From: Nemertoderma westbladi
Lineage: Eukaryota; Animalia; Xenacoelomorpha
Direction of reading: 5' to 3'
DNA: 64,000 nucleotides
Assembly (NCBI GenBank): GCA_032718475.1
Contig: JAUCBJ010008848.1
Span: 1-64,000, forward strand
Part shown: positions 11,215 through 23,580 of the stretch, in pieces
Layout of the letters: the number at the start of each line of letters is the position of its first letter
Numbering within the stretch: position 1 is the first letter of the stretch
Made by a program: the position numbers and the translations under genes
Notes under the pieces: generated by a model
Database searches by the model: none
Seen by the model: only the letters and a program-made list of their open reading frames with translations
Told to the model about the DNA's origin: nothing

Positions 11215-14115
11215 CTACAAATATTGTAAAGTTTCCGGCTTGTTCAAAAAACGCAGTGCAGTTGGTATAAAAGAGTTTCTATAGTTGTGAGTACGACAGT
11301 AAGATATGGCAAAATTGTTCCTAGTTGAGGCATTTCTAGAGGTATGTGCTAACAACGATTTATGCAACGGATGATCTTTTGAATCTATAATTTTGTCGAC
11401 CATTTTCTTAAAAATACCTTTATAACAACCATTTAAAATATCAAAAAGCATCTGTTTATTAACTTTTGAATGTTTGGCATATAGCGAAATCGGCCTACGT
11501 AGTTTTTTCCGCAGCTTTTCAGTAATATTCGGTACCCAGGCAACAGCACAGTATGTATAAATCGGTAAAATATATGTGTTAAAAATGAATATAGCCGTTC
11601 TCTCAGTTAAAAATCGAACTATAAAGCTAAATTGTCGCACTGAGTAATTAGCTTTATGAACAACGTGATTGACATGCTGGTTCCACGATAAATCTTGGGA
11701 AATAAATACACCTAAATATTTTACCGCTGTGGGACGTGGAACACATTTACCATCAATTACAATACGTGATGCAGAAATATCAAGCAGTAGCTCATTTTGT
11801 AAGTTTCGAGGTATGAAGCAAAGCTCCTCTGACTTCTTAGGATTAATCTTTAAATTTTTCTCAATAGATCTTTCGATTATATTTGCAATCGTATTTTCAT
11901 ATACTAAGTTATCTGACCAATTTGTAATCGCTTTTTGGGTCCGCGTGTCATCGGAATATTTCGCTATAGAATTGTCTGTGGATTTAATATCATCTGTATT
12001 TTTCGTAAATAAAGGTCCGCTCATGGGCCCGCCTTGAGGGAAACCGACTGTCACTGCTTGCTCAGCCGACATTACCGTTCCTGATTTAACGATTTGTCGA
12101 AAGTTATTCATATAAGAATGAATCCAGGTTGCTAGCCATTTATATTCTGGGGATAACTCGTTCAACAGTTTATTTAGAAACTTGCGCTGAAGAACCGTAT
12201 TGAACGCTGAAGAGTAGTCTATGAAAATGCATTTTGCTATTGTTGATGGTGTGTCCAATGCAGATGAAATTTGATGGATTAAAGTAATTACTGCATCTGC
12301 CGTTGATCGATTCTTTTTATAAGCGAATTGGCAATTATCGTCTGATAATTCAGTAGCCATTCGAAACATCTCAAGTGCAAGCTTGTCTATACCGCGAGCA
12401 CTAATTGGAGAAACACATACCGGTCGAAATGTTTTCATATCTTCTATAGTTGAATCTTTACTCTTAGCCAACGATGACACATATGCCTTTTTCCATTCCA
12501 GGGGATACTTTTGTGACTGGAAGCTCTGTGTGTACATAGTGGCGTAGGGGATGCTAAGTTCCCTCGCAAAAGTTTTGTAGATGGATGCGTCCGCTATCCC
12601 AGGTCCGCAAGCTGTCTTCGCATCCAAAACTCTAAATTTGTCCTCCACCTGTTTCGGAGTAATTACTGTTTCGTTGGGATATATTGTTCCAGAAAACACA
12701 TCGTCATCCTTTGGAGTATCTTCATTAAATCTAACAAAAAATTTGCTCAATTTTTCAACTTCATCTTCGTTGAAACTAGTTTTTAATCGCTTGCCCTTTA
12801 AAGGCAACTGACAACAAGCATATAATTCCGTTTTCGTCATCGAACGAAAACTCTTCTGTCTGCTATTGAGAACCAATCGGTTTATCTTTCGTTGAATCCC
12901 ATTTCGAAGTGCTTTATCACCGTTTCGAATTGCTTTCAATTTGTCCTTTAACAATGGTTTTAATTCAACTATTGGCATTCTAGAAGTAGCGGATATTACC
13001 TTTTTCCTTTTTACTGGAAGATTTTCATCTATTACAAATTTAATGTATGATTCAGTTTGATCCACTGATGTACTAACATCATCATCTCTGAAAATACTCC
13101 AATCCGTTTCCTCAAAGATTTGACGAACTCTATCCATGTTTTCATTTGTAGCACTCAAATTCCGCGATAAACGAGTTTGGACTCTACGTTTATAAAGATT
13201 TTCGCAATTTTCCAGCGGTTCAAGGTAAATAGAATAATGATCAGGGCCAATAGGTGCCCCCACAATACAGTTGTAGACATCTCTGTTAGACACATACGCA
13301 ATATCCAATTGTGAATTAGCGGGAATGAAAGTAGGCTGTTCCACCAGGTTATGAAGGTTGATTGATTCTAGGTAGCCTAACTTACTCTTATTGATGTCGC
13401 CAACAGCAATTAAAAACCCACGGGGATGCAGACGCATAATCGTTGAGAAAATCTTTCTCAGTTCTTTACGAGTGACAGGCCACTTAGCCTGCGGTCTAAT
13501 ATAGATGTTAATAATTATCACACACGAATACACCGACGGCAGAAATCTGGGTCGACAGGCAATTGCCAGCAATTCCATGTCTGGCAGTGATACACTTCCG
13601 ATAACCGCTGGTTTATTAGGGCACCACGATTTACTTGTGTATGTAAGAAGTCCACCTCCCCCCTTTTCTTTAGTAAAATTTTCGATTTTTCTGTCCAATC
13701 TTTCGAAGTGATAATCCTCAATGACAATACTACCATCGGAAATATTCTTGTCTAGCTTTGTTTCTTGGATTGCGACTATAGAGTAGCCAGTTAAAAACAC
13801 CATTTCTTTAAGCAAATGTATCTTTGACGCAAAATGGAAAACATTGCTTGATATTATATATGGAAACGATTGTTTGCTGTTGTTCTGGGTATTTGGTTTA
13901 CATTTCGGCGACGCGGTTGCGCCCGCCGGAGTAGTGGCCGACGTAGTGGCACCCGCAGGAGTCATGGCCGACTCAGTAGCGCCCGCCGGAGTCGTGGGCG
14001 ACGCAGTGACGCCCGCCGGAGTCGTGGGCGATGCAGTGACGCCCGCCGGAGTCGTGGGTGACGCAGTGGCACCCGCAGGAGTAGTGGCCGACGCAGTGGC
14101 GCCAACCAGAGTCAT
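11215..14115 (-). CDS. Intact endonuclease-reverse transcriptase (Rex1/Babar clade)
   Basis: APE motifs IQETKL, KGGGG, CRPRFLP, IYIRPQA, GDIN, DH. RT motifs QFAY, FIDYSSAFNTV, GFPQG, YSDD, KYLGV. C-terminal HPLH..RT..RNSFIP. 966 aa without stops. Confidence 0.9.
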   Translation of the reverse strand: MTLVGATASATTPAGATASPTTPAGVTASPTTPAGVTASPTTPAGATESAMTPAGATTSATTPAGATASPKCKPNTQNNSKQSFPYIISSNVFHFASKIHLLKEMVFLTGYSIVAIQETKLDKNISDGSIVIEDYHFERLDRKIENFTKEKGGGGLLTYTSKSWCPNKPAVIGSVSLPDMELLAIACRPRFLPSVYSCVIIINIYIRPQAKWPVTRKELRKIFSTIMRLHPRGFLIAVGDINKSKLGYLESINLHNLVEQPTFIPANSQLDIAYVSNRDVYNCIVGAPIGPDHYSIYLEPLENCENLYKRRVQTRLSRNLSATNENMDRVRQIFEETDWSIFRDDDVSTSVDQTESYIKFVIDENLPVKRKKVISATSRMPIVELKPLLKDKLKAIRNGDKALRNGIQRKINRLVLNSRQKSFRSMTKTELYACCQLPLKGKRLKTSFNEDEVEKLSKFFVRFNEDTPKDDDVFSGTIYPNETVITPKQVEDKFRVLDAKTACGPGIADASIYKTFARELSIPYATMYTQSFQSQKYPLEWKKAYVSSLAKSKDSTIEDMKTFRPVCVSPISARGIDKLALEMFRMATELSDDNCQFAYKKNRSTADAVITLIHQISSALDTPSTIAKCIFIDYSSAFNTVLQRKFLNKLLNELSPEYKWLATWIHSYMNNFRQIVKSGTVMSAEQAVTVGFPQGGPMSGPLFTKNTDDIKSTDNSIAKYSDDTRTQKAITNWSDNLVYENTIANIIERSIEKNLKINPKKSEELCFIPRNLQNELLLDISASRIVIDGKCVPRPTAVKYLGVFISQDLSWNQHVNHVVHKANYSVRQFSFIVRFLTERTAIFIFNTYILPIYTYCAVAWVPNITEKLRKKLRRPISLYAKHSKVNKQMLFDILNGCYKGIFKKMVDKIIDSKDHPLHKSLLAHTSRNASTRNNFAISYCRTHNYRNSFIPTALRFLNKPETLQYL

Positions 14116-14270
14116 GGGCGACGCAGTGGCGCCCGCAGGAGTCGTGGCCGATGCAGTAGCGCCCGCCGGAGTCGTGGGCGACGCAGTGATGCCCGCCGGA
14201 GTCGTGGTGATGCAGGGGCGCCCGCCGGAGTCGTGGGCGACGCAGTTGCGCCCGCAGGAGTCGTAGCCGA
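13905..14270. repeat. 30-bp GC-rich minisatellite encoding TPAGATASPT-like repeats at the LINE N-terminus
   Basis: About 12 copies of GCCCGCCGGAGTCGTGGGCGACGCAGTGAC. Confidence 0.9.
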
Positions 14271-14784
14271 CACAGTACTACTACTGTTACCACTGTACTG
14301 TAAACTGTACTTTCGACGTTTGGTTCGTTTAACAAAAGGGATCAGCACCATGGGGTAAGCGATATTTTACACAAACACACACAAAGATATGAAAACAAAA
14401 TTGAAAAATAATTATTTATTACAAAAAAAATGTGAAATGGTCGAGAGAATATGTAAAAAAAATATTCTACGGTTGCTAATGTGTTGCTCTATTTGTTATA
14501 ATACAATATAACACGAAGTGGGGCCTTCGCGCAGCACGTGACTTAAATTTAATTTAAGTACTAATTCGAAAGTATTACTGTATTAGCAAATTTTAAGCAG
14601 ATTTCGCCTAATCACTTTTTACCTCTTTCATTTCTATTCAGACATTTCTGACTCTAGCGGTATAGTGAGAACTGAAGATGGATTAGGGTCTCCAGCCCCA
14701 CAAAGACACAGCCTATGGATGAATAGTACATACGTACATCGGCCAAGTTTCATCTTGAATAACGGATAACGAAATGAGAGACGG

Positions 14785-17150
14785 ATCTCACTTTCAGAAA
14801 TTTCGCCCTCTAGCGGCAGACTGGAGGACTCCAGACCGTTTACTCCCCACCAAAGATTCAGGCCGACTTCTACTACATATCTGCTACGTTTCAGCTTGAA
14901 CGGATCATAAATAACGAGATGGGAGAAAGATTTCACTTTCAAACAGTTCGCCCTCTAGCGGCAGACTGAAGAACTGCACACGGATTAGCCTTCAATTCAA
15001 TTCAATTCAATTCCTTCTTTCAAAGTCACAGCTAATGGTCAAGTACATATCTGCCAAATTTCAGCATAAATGGATTAAAAGCAAAGAAATGGGAGGACAT
15101 TTAACGTTTAGACATGTGGCCCTCTAGCAGGAGACTATTGCTCTGATGGTGTCTGAAAGTCTCTCAAACGTCTCAACTTTTGATCATATTGATGCCTACA
15201 AATTTTCAACTTGGCAGCTTTAAATTCGAAAAAGTTATAAGCATGTCAATATCATAACGACGACAACGATTTCACTTTCAGACATTTGGCCCTCTAGCGG
15301 CAGACTGGAGAACTGCAGATGGATTCGCCTCCTTTGAAAGTCACAGCTAATGGTCTAATATATATCTGCCAAGTTTCAGCTTAAACGGATTAAAAGCAAA
15401 GAAATGGGAGGGCATTTAATGTTTAGACAAGTGGCCCTCTAGCGGGAGACCATTGCACTGATGGTGTCTGAAAGTCTCTCAAAAATCTCAACTTTAGCTC
15501 ATATTGATACCTACAAATTTTCAACTTGGCAGCTTTAAATCCGACAAAGTTATTAGCATGTCAAAATCGTAACGACGACAACGATTTCACTTTCAGACCT
15601 TTGGCCCTCTAGCGGCAGACTGGAGAACTGCAGATGGATTCGCCTCCTTTGAAAGTCACAGCTAATGGTCTAATACATATCTGCCAAGTTTCAGCTTAAA
15701 CGGATTAAAAGCAAAGAAATGGGAGGGCATTTAATGTTTAGACATGTGGCCCTCTAGCGGGAGACCATTCCACTGATGGTGTCTGAAAGTCTCTCAAAAA
15801 TCTCAACTTTTGCTCATATTGATACCTACAAATTTTCAACTTGGCAGCTTTAAATCCGACAAAGTTATTAGCATGTCAAAATCGTAACGACGACAACGAT
15901 TTCACTTTCAGACCTTTGGCCCTCTAGCGGCAGACTGGAGAACTGCAGATGGATTCGCCTCCTTTGAAAGTCACAGCTAATGGTCTAATACATATCTGCC
16001 AAGTTTCAGCTTAAACGGATTAAAAGCAAAGAAATGGGAGGGCATTTAATGTTTAGACATGTGGCCCTCTAGCGGGAGACCATTGCACTGATGGTGTCTG
16101 AAAGTCTCTCAAAAATCTCAACTTTAGCTCATATTGATACCTACAAATTTTCAACTTGGCAGCTTTAAATCCGACAAAGTTATTAGCATGTCAAAATCGT
16201 AACGACGACAACGATTTCACTTTCAGACCTTTGGCCCTCTAGCGGCAGACTGGAGAACTGCAGATGGATTCGCCTCCTTTGAAAGTCACAGCTAATGGTC
16301 TAATACATATCTGCCAAGTTTCAGCTTAAACGGATTAAAAGCAAAGAAATGGGAGGGCATTTAATGTTTAGACATGTGGCCCTCTAGCGGGAGACCATTG
16401 CACTGATGGTGTCTGAAAGTCTCTCAAAAATCTCAACTTTAGCTCATATTGATACCTACAAATTTTCAACTTGGCAGCTTTAAATCCGACAAAGTTATTA
16501 GCATGTCAAAATCGTAACGACGACAACGATTTCACTTTCAGACCTTTGGCCCTCTAGCGGCAGACTGGAGAACTGCAGATGGATTCGCCTCCTTTGAAAG
16601 TCACAGCTAATGGTCTAATACATATCTGCCAAGTTTCAGCTTAAACGGATTAAAAGCAAAGAAATGGGAGGGCATTTAATGTTTAGACATGTGGCCCTCT
16701 AGCGGGAGACCATTGCACTGATGGTGTCTGAAAGTCTCTCAAAAATCTCAACTTTAGCTCATATTGATACCTACAAATTTTCAACTTGGCAGCTTTAAAT
16801 CCGACAAAGTTATTAGCATGTCAAAATCGTAACGACGACAACGATTTCACTTTCAGACCTTTGGCCCTCTAGCGGCAGACTGGAGAACTGCAGATGGATT
16901 CGCCTCCTTTGAAAGTCACAGCTAATGGTCTAATACATATCTGCCAAGTTTCAGCTTAAACGGATTAAAAGCAAAGAAATGGGAGGGCATTTAATGTTTA
17001 GACATGTGGCCCTCTAGCGGGAGACCATTGCACTGATGGTGTCTGAAAGTCTCTCAAAAATCTCAACTTTTGCTCATATTGATACCTACAAATTTTCAAC
17101 TTGGCAGCTTTAAATCCGACAAAGTTATTAGCATGTCAAAATCGTAACGA
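14785..17150. repeat. 315-bp satellite (about 7 homogeneous copies; dimer of about 155-bp subunits) inside a HINE-like element (about 14511-17315)
   Basis: Unit starts at 15269, 15584, 15899 and so on (period 315). Followed by a (GAC)n microsatellite and a short GC-rich terminus. Left end carries the terminal motif shared with 3426-3455. Confidence 0.92.
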
Positions 17151-17166
17151 CGACGACGACGACGAC

Positions 17167-17232
<66 letters not shown>

Positions 17233-17233
17233 A
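17146..17233. repeat. (GAC)n microsatellite
   Basis: Direct observation; expansion of the AACGACGAC motif of the 315-bp unit. Confidence 0.95.
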
Positions 17234-18305
17234 ACTATTTGCATAAATTGACCCACCCCCTAACAGTGTCAATTCGCTAAGGCTCCGCCAACTTCGTGGC
17301 TCGCCCCACAATATTCTTACAAAATAAATTCAACTGTAGTATTTAACTATTGCTTCCATAGTTACTGTGCTATTGTAATTATTGTACCCTTCAACTCCTG
17401 ATGCCGACTTACTCAATCTAAATTAATTAAATGTTCTCGAATATTTATTACGTAACTACACTGAAAAAAGTAACTACATCTCGTTTGAAAAAGTGCCACT
17501 ATCAATTATTAGTGGCATTAATTAATTTTGAAAGTTGCGATTTTACTAAACTGCAATTTTTTTCGAAATATGAAATTATTTATTTTTCCAAATTACAAAA
17601 ACCCATTTTGTTAAATTTAATTGAATGTACTTCAAGAATATACCAGGTTATGTAAATTACTAAATATATTAAAGTTCCACTTTTTTGAATTTCTGTAAAA
17701 AGGTGCGCTTTTAAACAAGGTTTATGTGTTGTAAAGTGGTACTTTAAAAGAATAAATTAAAACGTGTCCTTTTCTGCAAAAATATGGGATTTTAAACAAT
17801 TGATATATGTGTTGTAAAGTGCTACTTTAAAACAAAAAAAATTTAAAAAAGTACCCTAATCAGTAAACAGTTACGATTTTAAACTTTTAACGCAAACAAA
17901 CAAAAAAGAGCCGCTTAACAACATAAACCAATATTGGATATTGAGTTCCGTTTTGGAGTTCGCCTTGCAGACACTAAAGTTGTAATAACTTTTGAGTGTG
18001 TGCATGGATTTTGCTCAAATTACGTGGAAACTTTTTTCTACTTCGATGCTCTTTCAACACATGCAATAAAATTTGAGAAATTCCACCAAAAATATTTCAC
18101 ATTTTCTTATATTAATTTTATCGCCGAAAAAAAATGAAATCAATGCAATAATTTTGGTTATTTTTTCCCTACAGTATGGAGAAAAAAGGACCCATCGTTC
18201 GTCTGATTAGGGGCATATATTCGAGCAGAAAAGTTGCAATATAAGAATAAAAGACCTTTAATGCAAATTTTTAACTTTTTTAATTATATTTTTAAGAAAT
18301 CCAAC

Positions 18306-18728
18306 CTTAAATCGCATTTAATCTGCACCCAGGCCGGACTCCTAATGAAGGACCACGAGTGGTACCTTCTAGTGACGACGGGTTCGCAACCAGCGAGAAT
18401 CTCCAGCCAGAGATGTAGAACCTGTTCGTTGAGACCTATACAGACCCAGGAGCGGAGTTTAACGTCCATCTGAGCGTGCGAACGATCGTGAGTTCGGTTA
18501 ACGTTCTCTACCGATCGGTACATAAGTTCCTCCGGAGTCAGCACCTTGCCGTCCTCGTCCAGCCTGTAGGCTTTACACAGAACCAGTCGAGAGATCACCG
18601 AGTTTAGATCCCTGTCTACCTCCCGACGGGCTACCTCCTCGATAAACAACCACGGATGACACGTCCCGCCGAGTATCTTCGACGTCTTCATTCCGTGATC
18701 TAGAATTCGTTTAAAACTCGGACAAAAT
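18306..18728 (-). CDS. SGSM3: SGSM3 exon (RUN domain), 423 nt, phase 2-2
   Basis: [73 protein letters not shown]. Acceptor TTCTTCCAG|, donor AG|GTTGG. Confidence 0.95.
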
Positions 18729-19846
18729 CTGGAAGAAATACGAGACTTAGATGATATGCGACATTTACTCCAAATAATCAAACATGTCAAACAAACAAAC
18801 ACTTATATAATACCGGTATAGGAGATATAAATTATATTATGAGGCGCCGAGAAACATAAAAATACCTGCAACTGGTATAGATTTCGTCTTACTGTACATT
18901 TCGGCTAAGATTTCGGCTATGATTTTGATTAATATTTTGGCCAAGAGACGCCCGCGACAGGTTGATTTTGTTTATTGTTGATATTACTTTTCAATGCGAG
19001 TATTTAATTAATTGTGAACAGATCTGTACAGTATTGACAGAAGGCAAGGCACCCAATTATGCTCCACACGTAGAGTAGTTATAATATATTTGAAATACCA
19101 AAATCTTCCAAAAGAACTCAAAACATTTACTATTTAATTCCCATGGATGGTTTAGTAAAAAAAAAACGGTGATACCTATCAGAACCAGAAGTGGCTACTG
19201 ACGGGTCCCGGTGATACCTATCAGAACCGGCTACTGACGGGACCCATTGACCAGACCCGTTGACTGGACCCGTTGACCAGACCCGTTGACCGGACCCTCT
19301 AAATACTTTTACCTCTGTATATTTTAATTATATTTTACTTGTGTATTATTGACCGGAACAAAAGTTAGTGCATAACGACTAATAAACGAATGAATGAGTG
19401 AGTAGGACTTAAAACTGCTTTAGCTTCAGAAAATAAGGAATATTGTTTCTGATTTTATATTTGATTTGTTTATTTCATTTGGAAAATATTTACAGCAGTC
19501 TACAGCTTCATTAATTAAATTATTAACGAAGGCAATCCTGGCTTGCTTGACTGGGCGGCATTTATTTCAACTAGGCGGCAAAAGTACCACCCAGTGACAA
19601 TGTTAACCGAGGCTATGGGACCCTTATTACCACAATTAAGTAGCCTAGCTGCATAATCTTGTATCGTGTGCTAACTTTCGTTTATTTGTTTTGGTTCCCT
19701 CAACACGCCTCTGTAACCTGCTCCTTTACTAACCTGCTCCTTTAAATGGCAATGGTTCCGTTGAATAGGTCCTGTCAACGGGTCCGGTCAATGGGTCCGG
19801 TCACCAACCACCAACCTATCGGAATTATATAACGACAACGACTTAC

Positions 19847-20179
19847 CTTCCCCGGACTAAATCGGTAATATGTTCTGTGACCGAATCGTCGCCAGCGGTC
19901 GTGTATTCCTTACTCCTCTCATCGAGAATCTCCACGAACTTTGCCGGGAACCATCCACGAGCCCCTCGTAACTCGCCGATCCAGCAGTGCTCGTCCTTAC
20001 GGGAGAGTACCGTTACGATATCGTTCCTACGGAACCCTAACTCATCCTCGTCTTCGGTCACGAAGTCCAGCAACGCTTTCGCGCGACGTTTACGATCTTT
20101 GCTCACCGCCATGAATCTCTCGTGGTCTTTCCGATGACTGTCTATTGAATAATCTGGCATGATGTTCATATCGTTGTAA
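19847..20179 (-). CDS. SGSM3: SGSM3 exon (SH3 domain), 333 nt, phase 2-2
   Basis: [51 protein letters not shown]. Acceptor TTTTCTTAG|, donor AG|GTAAGT. Confidence 0.95.
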
Positions 20180-20284
20180 CTAAGAAAACACAATAATCTG
20201 CATCAATTAATTGGTTAATGCAATTATGTATTTTGAAAAAAATAAAGACCAACGACCCTCTGTAAATAAACAAAGATGTAAAGT

Positions 20285-22302
20285 CGCGTTAGGTCCCAAA
20301 GATCGTTAGGTCCCATTGCCATAGATCGTTAGGTCCCATTGCCATATAGCGTTAGGTCCCATTGTCATATAGCGTTAGGTCCCAAAGAGCGTTAGGTCCC
20401 ATTGCCATATAGCGTTAGGTCCCATTGCCATATAGCGTTAGGCCCCATTGCCATATAGCGTTAGGTCCCATTGCCATATAGCGTTAGGTACCATTGCCAT
20501 ATAGCGTTAGGTCCCATTGTCATATAGCGTTAGGTCCCAAAGAGCGTTAGGTCCCATTGCCATATAGCGTTAGGCCCCATTGCCATATAGCGTTAGGTCC
20601 CATTGCCATATAGCGTTAGGTCCCATTGTCATATAGCGTTAGGTCCTAAAGAGCGTTAGGTCCCATTGCCATATAGCGTTAGGTCCCATTGTCATATAGC
20701 GTTAGGTCCCATTGTCATATAGCGTTAGGTCCCAAAGAGCGTTAGGTCCCATTGCCATATAGCGTTAGGCCCCATTGCCATATAGCGTTAGGTCCCAAAG
20801 AGCGTTAGGTCCCATTGCCATATAGCGTTAGGCCCCATTGCCATATAGCGTTAGGTCCCATTGCCATATAGCGTTAGGACCCATTGCCATATAGCGTTAG
20901 GTCCCATTGTCATATAGCGTTAGGTCCCAAAGAGCGTTAGGTCCCATTGCCATATAGCGTTAGGCCCCATTGCCATATAGCTTTAGGTCCCATTGCCATA
21001 TAGCGTTAGGTCCCATTGCCATATAGCGTTAGGTCCCATTGTCAGATAGCGTTAGGTCCCAAAGAGCGTTAGGTCCCATTGCCATATAGCGTTAGGCCCC
21101 ATTGCCATATAGCGTTAGGTCCCAAAGAGCGTTAGGTCCCATTGCCATAGATCGTTAGGTCCCATTGCCATATAGCGATAGGTCCCATTGTCATATAGCG
21201 TTAGGCCCCATTGCCATATATCGTTAGGTCCCATTGCCATATAGCGTTAGGTCCCATTGCCATATAGCGTTAGGTCCCATTGCCATATAGCGTTAGGTCC
21301 CATTGCCATATAGCGTTAGGTCCTAAAGAGCGTTAGGTCCCATTGCCATATAGCGTTAGGTCCCATTGCCATAGGTCCCAAAGAGCGTTAGGTCCCATTG
21401 CCATATAGCGTTAGGCCCCATTGCCATATAGCGTTAGGTCCCAAAGAGCGTTAGGTCCCATTGCCATATAGCGTTAGGCCCCATTGCCATATAGCGTTAG
21501 GTCCCATTGCCATATAGCGTTAGGTCCCATTGCCATATAGCGTTAGGTCCCATTGTCATATAGCGTTAGGTCCCAAAGAGCGTTAGGTCCCATTGCCATA
21601 TAGCGTTAGGCCCCATTGCCATATAGCGTTAGGTCCCATTGCCATATAGCGTTATGTACCATTGTCATATAGCGTTAGGTCCCAAAGAGCGTTAGGTCCC
21701 ATTGCCATATAGCGTTAGGACCCATTGCCATATAGCGTTAGGTCCCATTGCCATATAGCGTTAGGCCCCATTGCTATATATCGTTAGGTCCCATTGCCAC
21801 ATAGCGTTAGGTCCCAAAGAGCGTTAGGTCCCATTGCCATATAGCGTTAGGTCCCAAAGAGCGTTAGGTCCCATTGCCATATAGCGTTAGGTCCCAAAGA
21901 ACGTTAGGTCCCATTGCCATATAGCGTTAGGTCCCAAAGAGCGTTAGGTCCCATTGCCATAGATCGTTAGGTCCCATTGCCATATAGCGATAGGTCCCAT
22001 TGTCATATAGCGTTAGGCCCCATTGCCATATATCGTTAGGTCCCATTGCCATATAGCGTTAGGTCCCATTGCCATATAGCGTTAGGTCCCATTGCCATAT
22101 AGCGTTAGGTCCCATTGCCATATAGCGTTAGGTCCTAAAGAGCGTTAGGTCCCATTGCCATATAGCGTTAGGTCCCATTGCCATAGGTCCCAAAGAGCAT
22201 TAGGTCCCATTGCCATATAGCGTAAGGTCCCATTGCCATATAGCGTTAGGTCCCAAAGAGCGTTAGGTCCCATTGCCATATAGCGTTAGGTCCCATTGCC
22301 AT
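20285..22302. repeat. Minisatellite of interspersed 23-bp (GCGTTAGGTCCCATTGCCATATA) and 17-bp (GCGTTAGGTCCCAAAGA) units
   Basis: Direct observation. Confidence 0.95.
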
Positions 22303-22728
22303 TTAAAGGAGCAGGTTAGTAAAGGAGCAGGTTATAAACCCAGGCCGTATCCTGGTTGACCTTGCTAACCCAAGGCAGTATCCTGGTTGACCTTGCTAAC
22401 CAGGATACGGCCTTGGGTTTTTTTCGACATCAAGACAACTTTAGATTGATTGCCAGTTTGTCCAGTGTAGTCTACCGCTAGTTCGGTAATTGAAGAAATA
22501 AAAGAAGTCGTTGAGGACCACCCAATGACCTTTACATTAAACCCAGATCATCAGCAATCAAGACCAATCAACAGTGTTGCTGGTTTGTCTACCAATCACA
22601 CCCTTCTCTACGGTTACCTCTATTTGGTCGGATTTCCGCCCCCATAATCTATTATATATGTTGGTCAAGATATATTCACATCTAGTATTAGTAGTAGTCT
22701 GAGGTGCTTGATGTACATGAGGTCTCAC

Positions 22729-22795
22729 CTTGGATCAATAGAATAAAAGTGTCTGGCGATTGAGCAAATATCGTGGCGAAGACTTTCCAAAATTT
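22729..22795 (-). CDS. SGSM3: SGSM3 small exon (67 nt), absent from the ORF track in this frame
   Basis: TTTGCAG| (E)ILESLRHDICSIARHFYSIDP(S) AG|GTGAG corresponds to the SGSM3 segment ELVADLREAILRVARHFQCTDP. Phases 1 and 2 join both neighbours in frame. Confidence 0.88.
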
Positions 22796-23014
22796 CTGCA
22801 AATAATTAACATTCCTTGTGTTATTCCATCGATAATTTTAATGTAGAAATTACAAATTTTATTCCAATTTGAAATAGAAAAAGTTAAAATTACATACATA
22901 CTGATATGTATTTGCCATTGTAAGTACTTTAGTCTTCTCATCCACGTGACTGTAAAATGATAATTTACAAACAAGTAGCATACAGTATGTCAATTTAATA
23001 AAGCAAAAATAAAG

Positions 23015-23580
23015 CACTATTACACAGTTCACTACATATGGTAGCACTATTACACCGTTGGCTACATATGGTTGCACTATTACACCGTTGGTTGCATATG
23101 GTAGTACTATTACACCGTTGGCTACATATGGTTGCACTATTACACCGTTGGTTGCATATGGTAGTACTATTACACCGTTGGCTACATATGGTTGCACTAT
23201 TACACCGTTGGTTGCATATGGTAGTAAAATTACACAGTTCGCTACATATGGTAGCACTATTACACCGTTGGCTATGGCTACATATGGTAGCGCTATTACA
23301 CCGTTCGCTACATATGGTAGCACTTTTACACCGCTGCGTTCGCTACATATGGTAGCACTATTACATCGTTGGCTACACATGGTAGCAGTATTAAACCGTT
23401 CGCTACATATGGTAGCACTATTACACCGTTGGCTACATATGGTATCACTATTACACCTTTGCCTACATATGGTAGTACTTTTACACCGTTCGCTACATAT
23501 GGTAGCACTATTACACAGTTCGCTACATATGGTAGCACTACTACACCGTTCGCTACATATGGTAGTACTATTACACCATT
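23015..23580. repeat. 30-bp minisatellite GCTACATATGGTAGCACTATTACACCGTTG, about 18 copies
   Basis: Direct observation; explains the overlapping repetitive ORFs. Confidence 0.93.

Larger units (their letters stand above)
10778..14450 (-). mobile_element. Rex1/Babar-type LINE, apparently near full length
   Basis: Single APE-RT ORF, (TAA)n-like tail near 10778-10795. 5' limit approximate. Confidence 0.75.

Noticed and set aside
13844-14335. Overlapping antisense and alternate-frame ORFs
   Set aside because: By-products of a GC-rich 30-bp repeat.
17096-17311. Protamine-like poly-Arg ORF
   Set aside because: Translation of the (GAC)n microsatellite.
17458-18175. Possible CACTA-like MITE (CACTGAAAAAA...TTTTTTCCCTACAGT)
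   Set aside because: Termini too degenerate and no TSD to support a call.
20285-22302. Telomere-like array (GTTAGG motif)
   Set aside because: TTAGG is only part of 17/23-bp units; there is no (TTAGG)n or (TTAGGG)n run.
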